64,000 nucleotides of DNA. Source: Chrysomallon squamiferum (lineage: Eukaryota; Animalia; Mollusca). Under the pieces are notes generated by a model. That model was not told the DNA's origin, ran no database searches, and saw only the letters and a list, made by a program, of their open reading frames with translations. The position numbers were made by a program, and so were the translations under genes. Position 1 is the first letter of the stretch. Each line of letters starts with the position of its first letter. Where the stretch lies: the NCBI GenBank assembly GCA_012295275.1, contig CM022666.1, positions 10,106,001 through 10,170,000 of the forward strand. Direction: 5' to 3'. Positions 1 to 14,400 of the stretch are shown one piece after another.

Positions 1-2215
1 AAAAATTGACTTGCATTCCTCCTTGACTTAGGTACCTTTGCTCCCTGTTTCATCTTAGGTCATTATTTATGGGGGTACTTAAACTTATTTATCACCTAGA
101 TAATTGTTAATGTACTTACTTGCATTCCCACCCCCTTTGAAATTGTGCATCCAACACTTCTAGGTCATTTGATTTTAGACCATTTAAATTTACTTCTTAA
201 TTTACTTACTTTCCATTTAGATACAAAAATTGAACAATGTAATTCTTACTTAGGCAACTACTATTTACATTTAACTTACTTCTTTTCTCCTTCTCCTCAC
301 AACTTAGGCCATTTTAGGTAACAATTAACTTACATTCTTTATTCAAGATAAATTGTTAAAATCAACCTAGCACTCTTACATTGCATTCCCACAACTCTTA
401 GTCCACTTCATTCCTCCTTAGGTCTAAATTAGGTAAATTTCTAGAATGCCCCAATTAAATTTTATCTTATTTAGATCCCTTTAAATTACCAGGTATTAGC
501 CATTATTTTGCACTTACTTTGTCACTTCAACCCTTAGTTAGATAATTTTAATGCAATTACTTTGGCATTCCTAGGTTACCATTTTACTAACTTGGAACCT
601 CCCTATCAGGCTGTTACTGCTAACCTTAGATAAATTGTTAATGCCAAATAATTGTATTTGCACTTAATTTATCTTCCTCCCCTGCCCAAACCTCTCATTA
701 GTTGGTTACCTAGATACATTCATTCCTTTCTCTCCCTAGTTAGATAACTGTTACTTTAATTTTAGGGTTCTTCCCACTACTTAGTTAACCTGTTTCCCCT
801 TACTGCTAATTTATTCTAGGTAGGATAAATTAATTACCACTTACTACTTTAACGTATTCCTATCCCCCTATTTGACAGGGTCATTTCCAATACATGATTA
901 ATTTCCCGGCCAATAATTGTTAAAACTTCATAATGTCTCTCCTTAATTTCCTAGGGCCACCATTTTAAAATTTCCAACTTAATCTTATTCTTTATTTAGT
1001 TAGATAATTGTTAATGCAAATTACTTGTATTCAACTACTATTACTAACTCCCATCCTTGTTTACTTTAACCAGATTATTTTACATTACCAACCCCATTCT
1101 TACTCTAGATAATTGTTAATGCACTGACTGTCATTCCTCTTACTTAGTTACTTGGCTTCCCAACCCCACTTAGACTTTAGGCCATTTAGGTAAGTACTAA
1201 ATTTATTCTCTTTACTTAGATAAATTGTGTACTTCACTTTCCAGGATGCCCATTTTTTAATTTAAGTCCATAACGTACTTACATTTTGCTAACTGATAAT
1301 TGTTAGTTACAAATTTGCACTTACATCTTAGGGCCCTACAATTGTAAACTGGAATTGACTCTGCATTCCCCTAGTTAGATAATTTTATTGTATTTACTTA
1401 GGTTACTTCACCACATTTAGGTCACCACAACTGCAAATTTTAACTAATTCCATTTATTTTAGATAATTGTAAAACCCATTCCCTTCCATTCCTCACTTCC
1501 TAGAAAAACTGCATCCCTTAATTTTCAATTTAGGATTTTATTTCCTACTTACTTAATTTATTGAATTATTTAGATAATTGGTAAACAAAATTTATTTTAG
1601 GGTTAGCCATTCATTATTTTATTCTCTCTCCTCTTGCTAACTTAGGTCATTAGTTAAGTACTTATTTACATTCTTACCACATAATTGTTAATGCACTGAC
1701 TTGGTGCATCTCCTACTTAGTTACTTGTTTCTTGTTTACTTAGGTCATTATTTTAGGTAAGTACAAATTTATTTCTTACTTAGATAATTGTTAACATACT
1801 TATTTTGCATTCTCACTAACTTACTAACTTGCATTCTTGTTACTTTAGGTCATTATTTTACGCACTTAATTGATTGTTACTGAGATAATTGTTAATGTAC
1901 AAATTTGTATTTTACTTTTTAGGGCCTCGTTTTCTCCCAACTTAGATCATTATTTTGATGCATTATTCTACATTTTTCTTTAGTTAGATAATTTGTTAGC
2001 TTGTATTTACTTAGGTTACTATTACTAACTTACTGTTTACTTATTAACCTAGACATTAGATAAATACTTACTTACATTCTTATTCACATAATTGTAAAAT
2101 GTACTGACTTGCATTCTCTCTTAGTTAGGTACTTTGCTTCCTTGGTTACTTAGGTCATTATTTACGTAATTACTTAATTTATTTATTACTTAGATAATTG
2201 TTAATGTACTTACTT
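1..2215 (+). repeat. Degenerate edge of the ~100/104-bp satellite array (T-rich strand)
   Basis: The ATAATTG anchor and CTTAGGTCATT box recur about every 100 bp. Monomer types D, E, F, G, A, B are recognisable in order at about 1681, 1784, 1885, 1988, 2088, 2194. Similarity to the consensus falls steadily toward position 1, with many small indels. Confidence 0.9.
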
Positions 2216-2415
2216 NNNNNNNNNNNNNNNNNNNNNNNNNNNNNNNNNNNNNNNNNNNNNNNNNNNNNNNNNNNNNNNNNNNNNNNNNNNNNNNNNNNNN
2301 NNNNNNNNNNNNNNNNNNNNNNNNNNNNNNNNNNNNNNNNNNNNNNNNNNNNNNNNNNNNNNNNNNNNNNNNNNNNNNNNNNNNNNNNNNNNNNNNNNNN
2401 NNNNNNNNNNNNNNN
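2216..2415. other. Assembly gap, 200 N
   Basis: Run of exactly 200 N. The same size as the other two gaps indicates a fixed scaffolding placeholder. Confidence 0.99.
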
Positions 2416-5400
2416 TACATTCTTACTCACATAATTGTAAAGGTACTGACTTGCATTCTGACTTACTTAGTTACTTGCTTCCTTGCTTACTTAGGTCATT
2501 ATTTACGTAATTACTTAATTTATTTATTACTTAGATAATTGTTAATGTACTTACTTGCATTCTCACTTACTTTGAAACTTGCATCCTTGCTTAGTTAGGT
2601 CATTATTTACTTACTTACTTAATTTATTTGTTATTTAGATAATTGGTAATGTACTTACTTAGGTTACTATTTACTTACTTATTCTCTTCCTTGCTAACTT
2701 AGGTCATTAGTTAAGTACTTACTTACATTATTACTCACATAATTGTTAATGTACTGACTTCTATTCTCACTTACTTAGTTACTTGTTTCCTTGCTTACTT
2801 AGGTCATTATTTAGGTAAGTACTAAATTTATTTCTTACTTAGATAATTGTTAACGTACTTACTTGCATTCTCGCTGACTTACTAACTTGCATCCTTGCTT
2901 ACTTAGGTGATTATTTACGTAATTAATTACGTTCTTACTTACATAATTGTTAATGTACAAATTTGCATTTTACCTTAGTTCCTCGCTTCCTTACCAACTT
3001 AGATCATTATTTACGTACTTACTTACTTTCTTTCTTAGTTAGATAATTGTTAATGTACTTACTTAGGTTACTATTTACTAACTTACTCGCTTACTTGCTA
3101 ACCTAGGACATTAGTTAAATACTTACTTACATTCTTACTCACATAATTGTAAATGTACTGACTTGCATTCTCTCTTACTTAGGTACTTGCTTCCTTGGTT
3201 ACTTAGGTCATTATTTACGTAATTACTTAATTTATTTATTACTTAGATAATTGTTAATGTACTTACTTGCATTCTCACTTACTTAGAAACTTGCATCATT
3301 GCTTACTTAGGTCATTATTTACTTACTTACTTAATTTATTTGTTATTTAGATAATTGGTAATGTACTTACTTAGGTTACAATTTACTTACTTATTCTCTT
3401 CCTTGCTAACTTAGGTCATTAGTTAAGTACTTACTTACATTATTACTCACATAATTGTTAATGTACTGACTTGCATTCTCACTTACTTAGTTACTTGCTT
3501 CCTTGCTTACTTAGGTCATTATTTAGGTAATTACTAAATTTATTTATTACTTAGATAATTGTTAACGTACTTACTTGCATTCTCGCTGACTTACTAACTT
3601 GCATCCTTGCTTACTTAGGTCATTATTTACGTACTTAATTACGTTCTTACTTAGATAATTGTTAATGTACAAATTTGCATTTTACCTTAGTTCCTCGCTT
3701 CCTTACCAACTTAGATCATTATTTACGTACTTACTTACTTTCTTTCTTAGTTAGATAATTTAATTGTTAATGTACTTTACTTAGGTTACTATTTACTAAC
3801 TTACTCGTCCTTACTTGCTAACCTAGGACATTAGTTAAATACTTACTTACATTCTTACTCACATAATTGTAAATGTACTGACTTGCATTCTCTCTTACTT
3901 AGTTACTTGCTTCCTTGGTTACTTAGGTCATTATTTACGTAATTACTTAATTTATTTATTACTTAGATAATTGTTAATGTACTTACTTGCATTCTCACTT
4001 ACTTAGAAACTTGCATCCTTGCTTACTTAGGTCATTATTTACTTGCATCATTCTCGCTTACTTACTTTTCTTTCCTTGCTTACTTAGGTCATTATTTACG
4101 TAATTACTTACTTTATTTACTAGATAATTGTCATTCTTTACTTACTTAGTTAATTTATTTGTTATTTAGATAATTGGTAATGTACTTACTTATGTTACTT
4201 AGATTGTAATGTACTTATTCTCTTCCTTGCTAACTTAGGTCATTAGTTAAGTACTTAGATACATTCTTACTCACATAATTGTAAAGGTACTGACTTGCAT
4301 TCTGACTTACTTAGTTACTTGCTTCCTTGCTTACTTAGGTCATTATTTACGTAATTACTTAATTTATTTATTACTTAGATAATTGTTAATGTACTTACTT
4401 GCATTCTCACTTACTTTGAAACTTGCATCCTTGCTTAGTTAGGTCATTATTTACTTACTTACTTAATTTATTTGTTATTTAGATAATTGGTAATGTACTT
4501 ACTTAGGTTACTATTTACTTACTTATTCTCTTCCTTGCTAACTTAGGTCATTAGTTAAGTACTTACTTACATTATTACTCACATAATTGTTAATGTACTG
4601 ACTTCTATTCTCACTTACTTAGTTATTTGTTTCCTTGCTTACTTAGGTCATTATTTAGGTAAGTACTAAATTTATTTCTTACTTAGATAATTGTTAACGT
4701 ACTTACTTGCATTCTCGCTGACTTACTAACTTGCATCCTTGCTTACTTAGGTGATTATTTACGTACTTAATTACGTTCTTACTTAGATAATTGTTAATGT
4801 ACAAATTTGCATTTTACCTTAGTTCCTCGCTTCCTTACCAACTTAGATCATTATTTAAACTTACTTTCTTTCTTAGTTAGATAATTGTTAATGTACTTAC
4901 TTAGGTTACTATTTACTAACTTACTCGCTTACTTGCTAACCTAGGACATTAGTTAAATACTTACTTACATTCTTACTCACATAATTGTAAATGTACTGAC
5001 TTGCATTCTCTCTTACTTAGGTACTTGCTTCCTTGGTTACTTAGGTCATTATTTACGTAATTACTTAATTTATTTATTACTTAGATAATTGTTAATGTAC
5101 TTACTTGCATTCTCACTTACTTAGAAACTTATTCTCTTCCATCATTGCTTTACTTAGGTCATTATTTACTTATTTATTTATTTGTTACATTTTTGTTATT
5201 TAGATAATTGGTAATGTACTTACTTAGGTTACTCACTTAGTTATTTGTTTCCTTGCTAACTTAGGTCATTAGTTAAGTACTTACTTACATTCTTACTCAC
5301 ATAATTGTTAATGTACTGACTTGCATTCTGACTTACTTAGTTACTTGCTTCCTTGCTTACTTAGGTCATTATTTACGTAATTACTTAATTTATTTATTAC

Positions 5401-8400
5401 TTAGATAATTGTTAATGTACTTACTTGCATTCTCACTTACTTTGAAACTTGCATCCTTGCTTACTTAGGTCATTATTTACTTACTTACTTAATTTATTTG
5501 TTATTTAGATAATTGGTAATGTACTTACTTAGGTTACTATTTACTTACTTATTCTCTTCCTTGCTAACTTAGGTCATTAGATAAATACTTAACTTACATT
5601 ATTACTACTCATAATTGTTAATGTACTTGACTTCTATTCTTTCTCTCTTAGTTTCTTACTTTCCTTTACTTGCATTGGTTATTTAGGTTATTAAATTTAT
5701 TTTTATTTCTTAGATAATTGTTAATTTACTTACTTGCATTCTCACAGACTTAGAAATTATCCTTGCTTACTTAATGTTATTTACTTAATTAATTTATTTG
5801 TTCTTACTTAATTTAATTGTTAATGTACAAATTTTGCATTTTACTTAGTTATTCCTTCCCTACTAACTTAGGTCATTATTTACGTACTTACTTACTTTCT
5901 TTCTTAGTTAGATAATTGTTAATGTACTTACTTAGGTTACTATTTACTAACTTACTCGCTTACTTGCTAACCTAGGACATTAGTTAAATACTTACTTACA
6001 TTCTTACTCACATAATTGTAAATGTACTGACTTGCATTCTCTCTTACTTAGGTACTTGCTTCCTTGGTTACTTAGGTCATTATTTACGTAATTAATTAAT
6101 TTATTTATTACTTAGATAATTGTTAATGTACTTACTTGCATTCTCACTTACTTAGAAACTTGCATCATTGCTTACTTAGGTCATTATTTACTTACTTACT
6201 TAATTTATTTGTTATTTAGATAATTGGTAATGTACTTACTTAGGTTACTATTTACTTACTTATTCTCTTCCTTGCTAACTTAGGTCATTAGTTAAGTACT
6301 TACTTACATTCTTACTCACATAATTGTAAAGGTACTGACTTGCATTCTGACTTACTTAGTTACTTGCTTCCTTGGTTACTTAGGTCATTATTTACGTAAT
6401 TACTTAATTTATTTATTACTTAGATAATTGTTAATGTACTTACTTGCATTCTCACTTACTTTGAAACTTGCATCCTTGCTTAGTTAGGTCATTATTTACT
6501 TACTTACTTAATTTATTTGTTATTTAGATAATTGGTAATGTACTTACTTAGGTTACAATTTACTTACTTATTCTCTTCCTTGCTAACTTAGGTCATTAGT
6601 TAAGTACTTACTTACATTACTTTACTCACATAATTGTTAATGTACTGACTTCCATTCTCACTTACTTAGTTACTTGTTTCCTTGCTTACTTAGGTCATTA
6701 TTTAGGTAAGTACTAAATTTATTTCTTACTTAGATAATTGTTAACGTACTTACTTGCATTCTCGCTGACTTACTAACTTGCATCCTTGCTTACTTAGGTG
6801 ATTATTTACGTAATTAATTACGTTCTTACTTACATAATTGTTAATGTACAAATTTGCATTTTACCTTAGTTCCTCGCTTCCTTACCAACTTAGATCATTA
6901 TTTACGTACTTACTTTCTTTCTTAGTTAGATAATTGTTAATGTACTTACTTAGGTTACTATTTACTAACTTACTCGCTTACTTGCTAACCTAGGACATTA
7001 GTTAAATACTTACTTACATTCTTACTCACATAATTGTAAATGTACTGACTTGCATTCTCTCTTACTTAGGTACTTGCTTCCTTTGCCACTTAGGTCATTA
7101 TTTACGTAATTACTTAATTTATTTATTACTTAGATAATTGTTAATGTACTTACTTGCATTCTCACTTACTTTGAAACTTGCATCATTGCTTACTTAGGTC
7201 ATTATTTACTTACTTACTTAATTTATTTGTTATTTAGATAATTGGTAATGTACTTACTTAGGTTACAATTTACTTACTTATTCTCTTCCTTGCTAACTTA
7301 GGTCATTAGTTAAGTACTTAGATACATTCTTACTCACATAATTGTAAAGGTACTGACTTGCATTCTGACTTACTTAGTTACTTGCTTCCTTGCTTACTTA
7401 GGTCATTATTTACGTAATTACTTAATTTATTTATTACTTAGATAATTGTTAATGTACTTACTTGCATTCTCACTTTTAGGACTTAAACTTGCATCCTTGC
7501 TTAGTTAGGTCATTATTTACTTACTTAATACTTAATTTATTCTTTAGTTAATTTAGATAATTCTTAAATGCACTAACTTGCATTTCCTTTTACTTAGTTC
7601 CTCTAGTTCTTACCTTAGTCATTATTTATTTACGTATACTTACTTACTTTCTTTCTTAGTTAGATAATTGTTAATGTAATTTACTTTAGGTTACTATTTT
7701 ACTAACTTATTCTCTTCCTTGCTTAGGGACATTAGTTAAATACTTACTTACATTCTTACTCACATAATTGTAAATGTACTGACTTCCATTCTGATTTACT
7801 TAGTTACTTGCTTCCTTGCTTACTTAGGTCACTATTTACGTAATTACTTAATTTATTTATTACTTAGATAATTGTTAATGTACTTACTTGCATTCTCACT
7901 TACTTAGAAACTTGCATCCTTGCTTACTTAGGTTCTTATTTAGATAATTGTTATTAATTAGGTTAATATTACTTAAATTATTTGTTATTTAGATAATTGG
8001 TAAATGTACTTTGCTTATTTTACCTTACTTAGTTATTCTCCTTCCAACTTAGGTCATTATTTAAATACTTACTTACATTCTTACTTACATAATTGTTAAT
8101 GTACTTACTTTGCATTCTCATTATTTAGTTTACTTGCTTCCTTGCTTACTTAGGTCATTATTTAGGTAATTACTAAATTTTTATTTGTTACTTAGATAAT
8201 TGTTAATGTACTTACTTGCATTCTCGCTTTACTTAGGTAACTTGCTCTCCTTGCTTACTTAGGTCATTATTTACGTACTTAATTTATTTCTTACTTAGAT
8301 AATTGTTAATGTACTTAATTTGCATTTTACCTTAGTTCCTCCTTCCCTTCTTATTTCTTAGGTCATTATTTACTTACTTACTTAATTTATTTCTTAGTTA

Positions 8401-11400
8401 GATAATTGTTAATGTACTTACTTAGGTTTACTAATTTACTAACTTACTTTACTTACTTCCTCTTTGCTTAACCTAGGACATTAGTTAAATACTTACTTAC
8501 ATTCTTACTCACATAATTGTAAATGTACTGACTTGCATTCTCTCTTACTTAGTTACTTGCTTCCTTGCTTACTTAGGTCATTATTTACGTAATTACTTAA
8601 TTTATTTATTACTTAGATAATTGTTAATGTACTTACTTGCATTCTCACTTACTTAGAAACTTGCATACTTGCTTACTTAGGTCATTATATACTTACTTAC
8701 TTAATTTGTTTCTTAGTTAGATAATTGTTAATGTACTTACTTAGGTTACTATTTACTTACTTATTCTCTTCCTCGCTAACTTAGGTCACTAGTTAAACAC
8801 TTACTCACATTCTTACTCACATAATTGTTAATGTAATGACTAGCATTCTCACTTACTTAGTTACTTGTTTCCTTCCTTATTTAGCTCACTATTTACGTAA
8901 GTACTAAATTTATTTCTTACTTAGATAATTGTTAACGTACTTACTTGCATTCTCACTAACTTATTAACTTGCATCCTTGCTTACTTAGGTCATTATTTAC
9001 GTACTTAATTACGTTCTTACTTAGATAATTGTTAATGTACAAATTTGCATTTTACCTTAGTTCCTCGCTTCCTTCCTACACCAACTTAGATCATTTTTAC
9101 TTACGTACTTTTACTTCCTTTCACTTTCTTTATTTAGTTAGATAATTGTTAATGTACTTGTTAATGTTACTTAGGTTTCTATTTACTAACTTACTCTGCC
9201 CTTTGCTTTAGTAGGACATTAGTTAAATACTTACTTACATTCTTACTCACATAATTGTAAATGTACTGACTTGCATTCTCTCTTACTTAGGTACTTGCTT
9301 CCTTGGTTACTTAGGTCATTATTTACGTAATTACTTAATTTATTTATTACTTAGATAATTGTTAATGTACTTACTTGCATTCTCACTTACTTTGAAACTT
9401 GCATCCTTGCTTACTTAGGTCATTATTTACTTACTTACTTAATTTATTTGTTATTTAGATAATTGGTAATGTACTTACTTATTCTCCTTACTTTACTATT
9501 TACTTATTTATTCTCTTCTCCTTGCTAACTTAGGTCATTAGTTAAGTTACTACATTACTTACATTCTTACTTACATAATTGTTAATTCTTACTGATAAAT
9601 TGTTAATGTACTGACTTCTATTCTCACTTACTTAGTTACTTGTTTCCTTGCTTACTTAGGTCATTATTTAGGTAAGTACTAAATTTATTTCTTACTTAGA
9701 TAATTGTTAACGTACTTACTTGCATTCTCACTGACTTACTAACTTGCATCCTTGCTTACTTAGGTGATTATTTACGTACTTAATTACGTTCTTACTTAGA
9801 TAATTGTTAATGTACAAATTTGCATTTTACACTTAGTTCCTCGCTTCCTTACCAACTTAGATCATTATTTACGTACTTACTTACTTTCTTTCTTAGTTAG
9901 ATAATTGTTAATGTACTTACTTAGGTTACTATTTACTAACTTACTCGCTTACTTGCTAACCTAGGACATTAGTTAAATACTTACTTACATTCTTACTCAC
10001 ATAATTGTAAATGTACTGACTTGCATTCTGACTTACTTAGTTACTTGCTTCCTTGCTTACTTAGGTCATTATTTACGTAATTACTTAATTTATTTATTAC
10101 TTAGATAATTGTTAATGTACTTACTTGCATTCTCACTTACTTTGAAACTTGCATCCTTGCTTACTTAGGTCATTATTTACTTACTTACTTAATTTATTTG
10201 TTATTTAGATAATTGGTAATGTACTTACTTAGGTTACTATTTACTTACTTATTCTCTTCCTTGCTAACTTAGGTCATTAGTTAAGTACTTACTTACATTC
10301 TTACTCACATAATTGTTAATGTACTGACTTGCATTCTCACTTACTTAGTTACTTGTTTCCTTGCTTACTTAGGTCATTATTTACGTAATTACTTAATTTA
10401 TTTATTACTTAGATAATTGTTAATGTACTTACTTGCATTCTCACTTACTTTGAAACTTGCATCCTTGCTTAGTTAGGTCATTATTTACTTACTTACTTAA
10501 TTTATTTGTTATTTAGATAATTGGTAATGTACAGGTCATTATTTTCATAAGTACTTACTTAAAGTTCTTAGGCTTAGGTTACTTTTACTTACTTATTCTC
10601 TTCCTTGCTAACTTAGGTCATTAGTTAAGTACTTACTTATCTTACATTCTTACTCACATAATTGTTAATGTACTGACTTCTATTCTCACTTACTTAGTTA
10701 CTTGTTTCCTTGCTTACTTAGGTCATTATTTAGGTAAGTACTTAATTTATTTCTTACTTAGATAATTGTTAATGTACTTACTTGCATTCTCACTGACTTA
10801 CTTAAACTTGCATCCTTGCTTACTTAGGTCATTTATTTACGTAATTAATTAATTTTTTTATTTTAGATAATTGTTAATGTACTGAATTTGCATTTTACCT
10901 TTTAGTTCCTCTCTTCCTTGCCAACTTAGGTCATTATTTACTCCCTTACTTACTTTCTTAGTTAGATAATTGTTAATGTACTTACTTAGGTTACTATTTA
11001 CTTACTTACTTATTTTCCTTGCTAACCTAGGACATTAGTTAAATTACTTACTTTATTTCCTTACTTACTTATTGTTAATGTTAACTTGTTTTCTTAGAAA
11101 CTTGCCAATGATTTGCTTACTTAGGTCATTATTTTACCCCTTACTTAATTTATTTGTTATTTAGATAATTGTTAATGTACTTACTTGCATTCTTATTTAC
11201 TTTACTTACATCATTCCTACTAACTTAGGTCATTATTAAGTACTTACTTACATTTTTGTTATTTAGATAATTGTTAATGTACTTACTTGGTTATTCTCAC
11301 TTAGTTTGACTTTCTTTTGCTTACTTAGGTCATTATTTACGTAATTAAATTTATTTCTTACTTACATAATTGTTAAATGTACTTACTTTACTCAGTTCTC

Positions 11401-14400
11401 ACTTGTTTACTTCCTTCCTTACTTAGGTTCATTTAGGTAATTATTTTTACCAATTACTTACATTTATTGTTTAGATAATTGTTAATGTACTTTGATTTCT
11501 TTTACTTAGTTCCTTGCTTTGTTTAATTTACTTAATTAGTTTTATTTACTTACTTAATTTTTTACTGTTCCTTACTTAATTGTTAATGTACTTACTTAGG
11601 TTAATTGTTACTTTACTTATTTTACCCTTGCTAACTTAGGTCATTAGTTAAATACTTAATTTATTTATTCTTACTCACATAATTGTAAAATGTACTTACT
11701 TGCATTCCTGACTTTACTTAGTTACTTGCTTCCTTGCTTACTTAGGTCATTATTTACGTAATTACTTAATTTATTTATTACTTAGATAATTGTTAATGTA
11801 CTTACTTGCATTCTCACTTACTTAGAAACTTGCATCATTGCTTACTTAGGTCATTATTTACTTACTTACTTAATTTATTTGTTATTTAGATAATTGGTAA
11901 TGTACTTACTTAGGTTACTATTTACTTACTTATTCTCTTCCTTGCTAACTTAGGTCATTAGTTAAGTACTTACTTACATTCTTACTCACATAATTGTTAA
12001 TGTACTGACTTCTATTCTTACTTCTCTTACTTAACTTAGTTCATTAGTTAAGTTTCCTTACATTCTTACTTAGGTCATTGTTTATTAATTTACTACTTTG
12101 CTTTTAATTTATTTCGCTTACTTAGATAATTGTTAATTTATTTCTTACTTAGATAATTGTTAAATGTATTCTCATTCTCACTTACTTACTTACTTGCATC
12201 CTTGCTTACTTAGGTCATTATTTACGTTACTTAATTTATTTCTTACTTAGATAATTGTTAATGTAAAAAATTTGCATTTTACTTACTTAGTTCCCTCCAT
12301 CCTTGCTTACTTAGATCATTATTTACGTACTTACTTACTTATTTCTTTCTTAGTTAGATAATTGTTAATGTACTTACTTAGGTTACTATTTACTAACTTA
12401 CTCGCTTACTTGCTAACCTAGGACATTAGTTAAATACTTACTTACATTCTTACTCACATAATTGTAAATGTACTGACTTGCATTCTCTCTTACTTAGGTA
12501 CTTGCTTCCTTGGCTTACTTAGGTCATTATTTACGTAATTACTTAATTTATTTATTACTTAGATAATTGTTAATGTACTTACTTGCATTCTCACTTAGTT
12601 TGAAACTTGCATCCTTGCTTAGTTAGGTCATTATTTACTTACTTACTTAATTTATTTGTTATTTAGATAATTGGTAATGTACTTACTTAGGTTACTATTT
12701 ACTTACTTATTCTCTTCCTTGCTAACTTAGGTCATTAGTTAAGTACTTACTTACATTCTTACTCACATAATTGTTAATGTACTGACTTCTATTCTCACTT
12801 ACTTAGTTACTTGTTTCCTTGCTTACTTAGGTCATTATTTAGGTAAGTACTAAATTTATTTCTTACTTAGATAATTGTTAACGTACTTACTTGCATTCTC
12901 GCTGACTTACTAACTTGCATCCTTGCTTACTTAGGTCATTATTTACGTACTTAATTACGTTCTTACTTAGATAATTGTTAATGTACAAATTTGCATTTTA
13001 CCTTAGTTCCTCGCTTCCTTACCAACTTAGATCATTATTTACGTACTTACTTACTTTCTTTCTTAGTTAGATAATTGTTAATGTACTTACTTAGGTTACT
13101 ATTTACTAACTTACTCGCTTACTTGCTAACCTAGGACATTAGTTAAATACTTACTTACATTCTTACTCACATAATTGTAAATGTACTGACTTGCATTCTC
13201 TCTTACTTAGGTACTTGCTTCCTTGGTTACTTAGGTCATTATTTACGTAATTACTTAATTTATTTATTACTTAGATAATTGTTAATGTACTTACTTGCAT
13301 TCTCACTTACTTAGAAACTTGCATCCTTGCTTACTTAGGTCATTATTTACTTACTTAATTTTATTTGTTATTTAGATAATTGGTAATGTACTTACTTAGG
13401 TTACAATTTACTTACTTATTCTCTTCCTTGCTAACTTAGGTCATTAGTTAAGTACTTACTTACATTCTTACTCACATAATTGTAAATGTACTGACTTGCA
13501 TTCTGACTTACTTAGTTACTTGCTTCCTTGCTTACTTAGGTCATTATTTACGTAATTACTTAATTTATTTTTACTTAGATAATTGTTAATAATTTACTCA
13601 ATTAGCATTTACTTCTTAATTACTTATAATTTAATTTACTAATTCTACTTACTTAGAAAATTTTCCTTTACTCATTATTACTTATTTATTAGATAATTCC
13701 TACTTAGGTTAACTTAGGTCATTATCTAAGTACTTTAGGTACATTATTTAAATACTTACTCACATAATTGTAAATGTACTGACTTGCATTCTCACTTACT
13801 TAGTTACTTGCTTCCTTGCTTACTTAGGTCATTATTTACGTAATTACTTAATTTATTTATTACTTAGATAATTGTTAATGTACTTACTTGCATTCTCACT
13901 TACTTTGAAACTTGCATCCTTGCTTACTTAGGTCATTATTTACTTACTTACTTAATTTATTTGTTATTTAGATAATTGTTATTAATGTACTTACTTTTAC
14001 TTACTTACTTCCTCCTTTCCTTGCTAACTTAGGTCATTATTTAAGTACTTACTTACTTTTTTTTCTTACTTACATAATTGTTAATGTACTGACTTGCATT
14101 CTCACTTTACTTAGTTACTTGTTCCTTGCTTACTTAGGTCATTATTTAGGTAAGTACTAAATTTATTTCTTACTTAGATAATTGTTAACGTACTTACTTG
14201 CATTCTCGCTGACTTAGTAACTTGCATCCTTGCTTACTTAGGTGATTATTTACGTAATTAATTAATTTATTTATTACTTAGATAATTGTTAATGTACAAA
14301 TTTGCATTTTCACTTAGTTCCTTGCATCCTTGCTTAGTTAGGTCATTATTTACTTACTTACTTAATTTATTTGTTATTTAGATAATTGGTAATGTACTTA

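Noticed and set aside
2179-2434. Three ORFs spanning the first gap
   Set aside because: Almost entirely X. They are open only because N codons are not stops.
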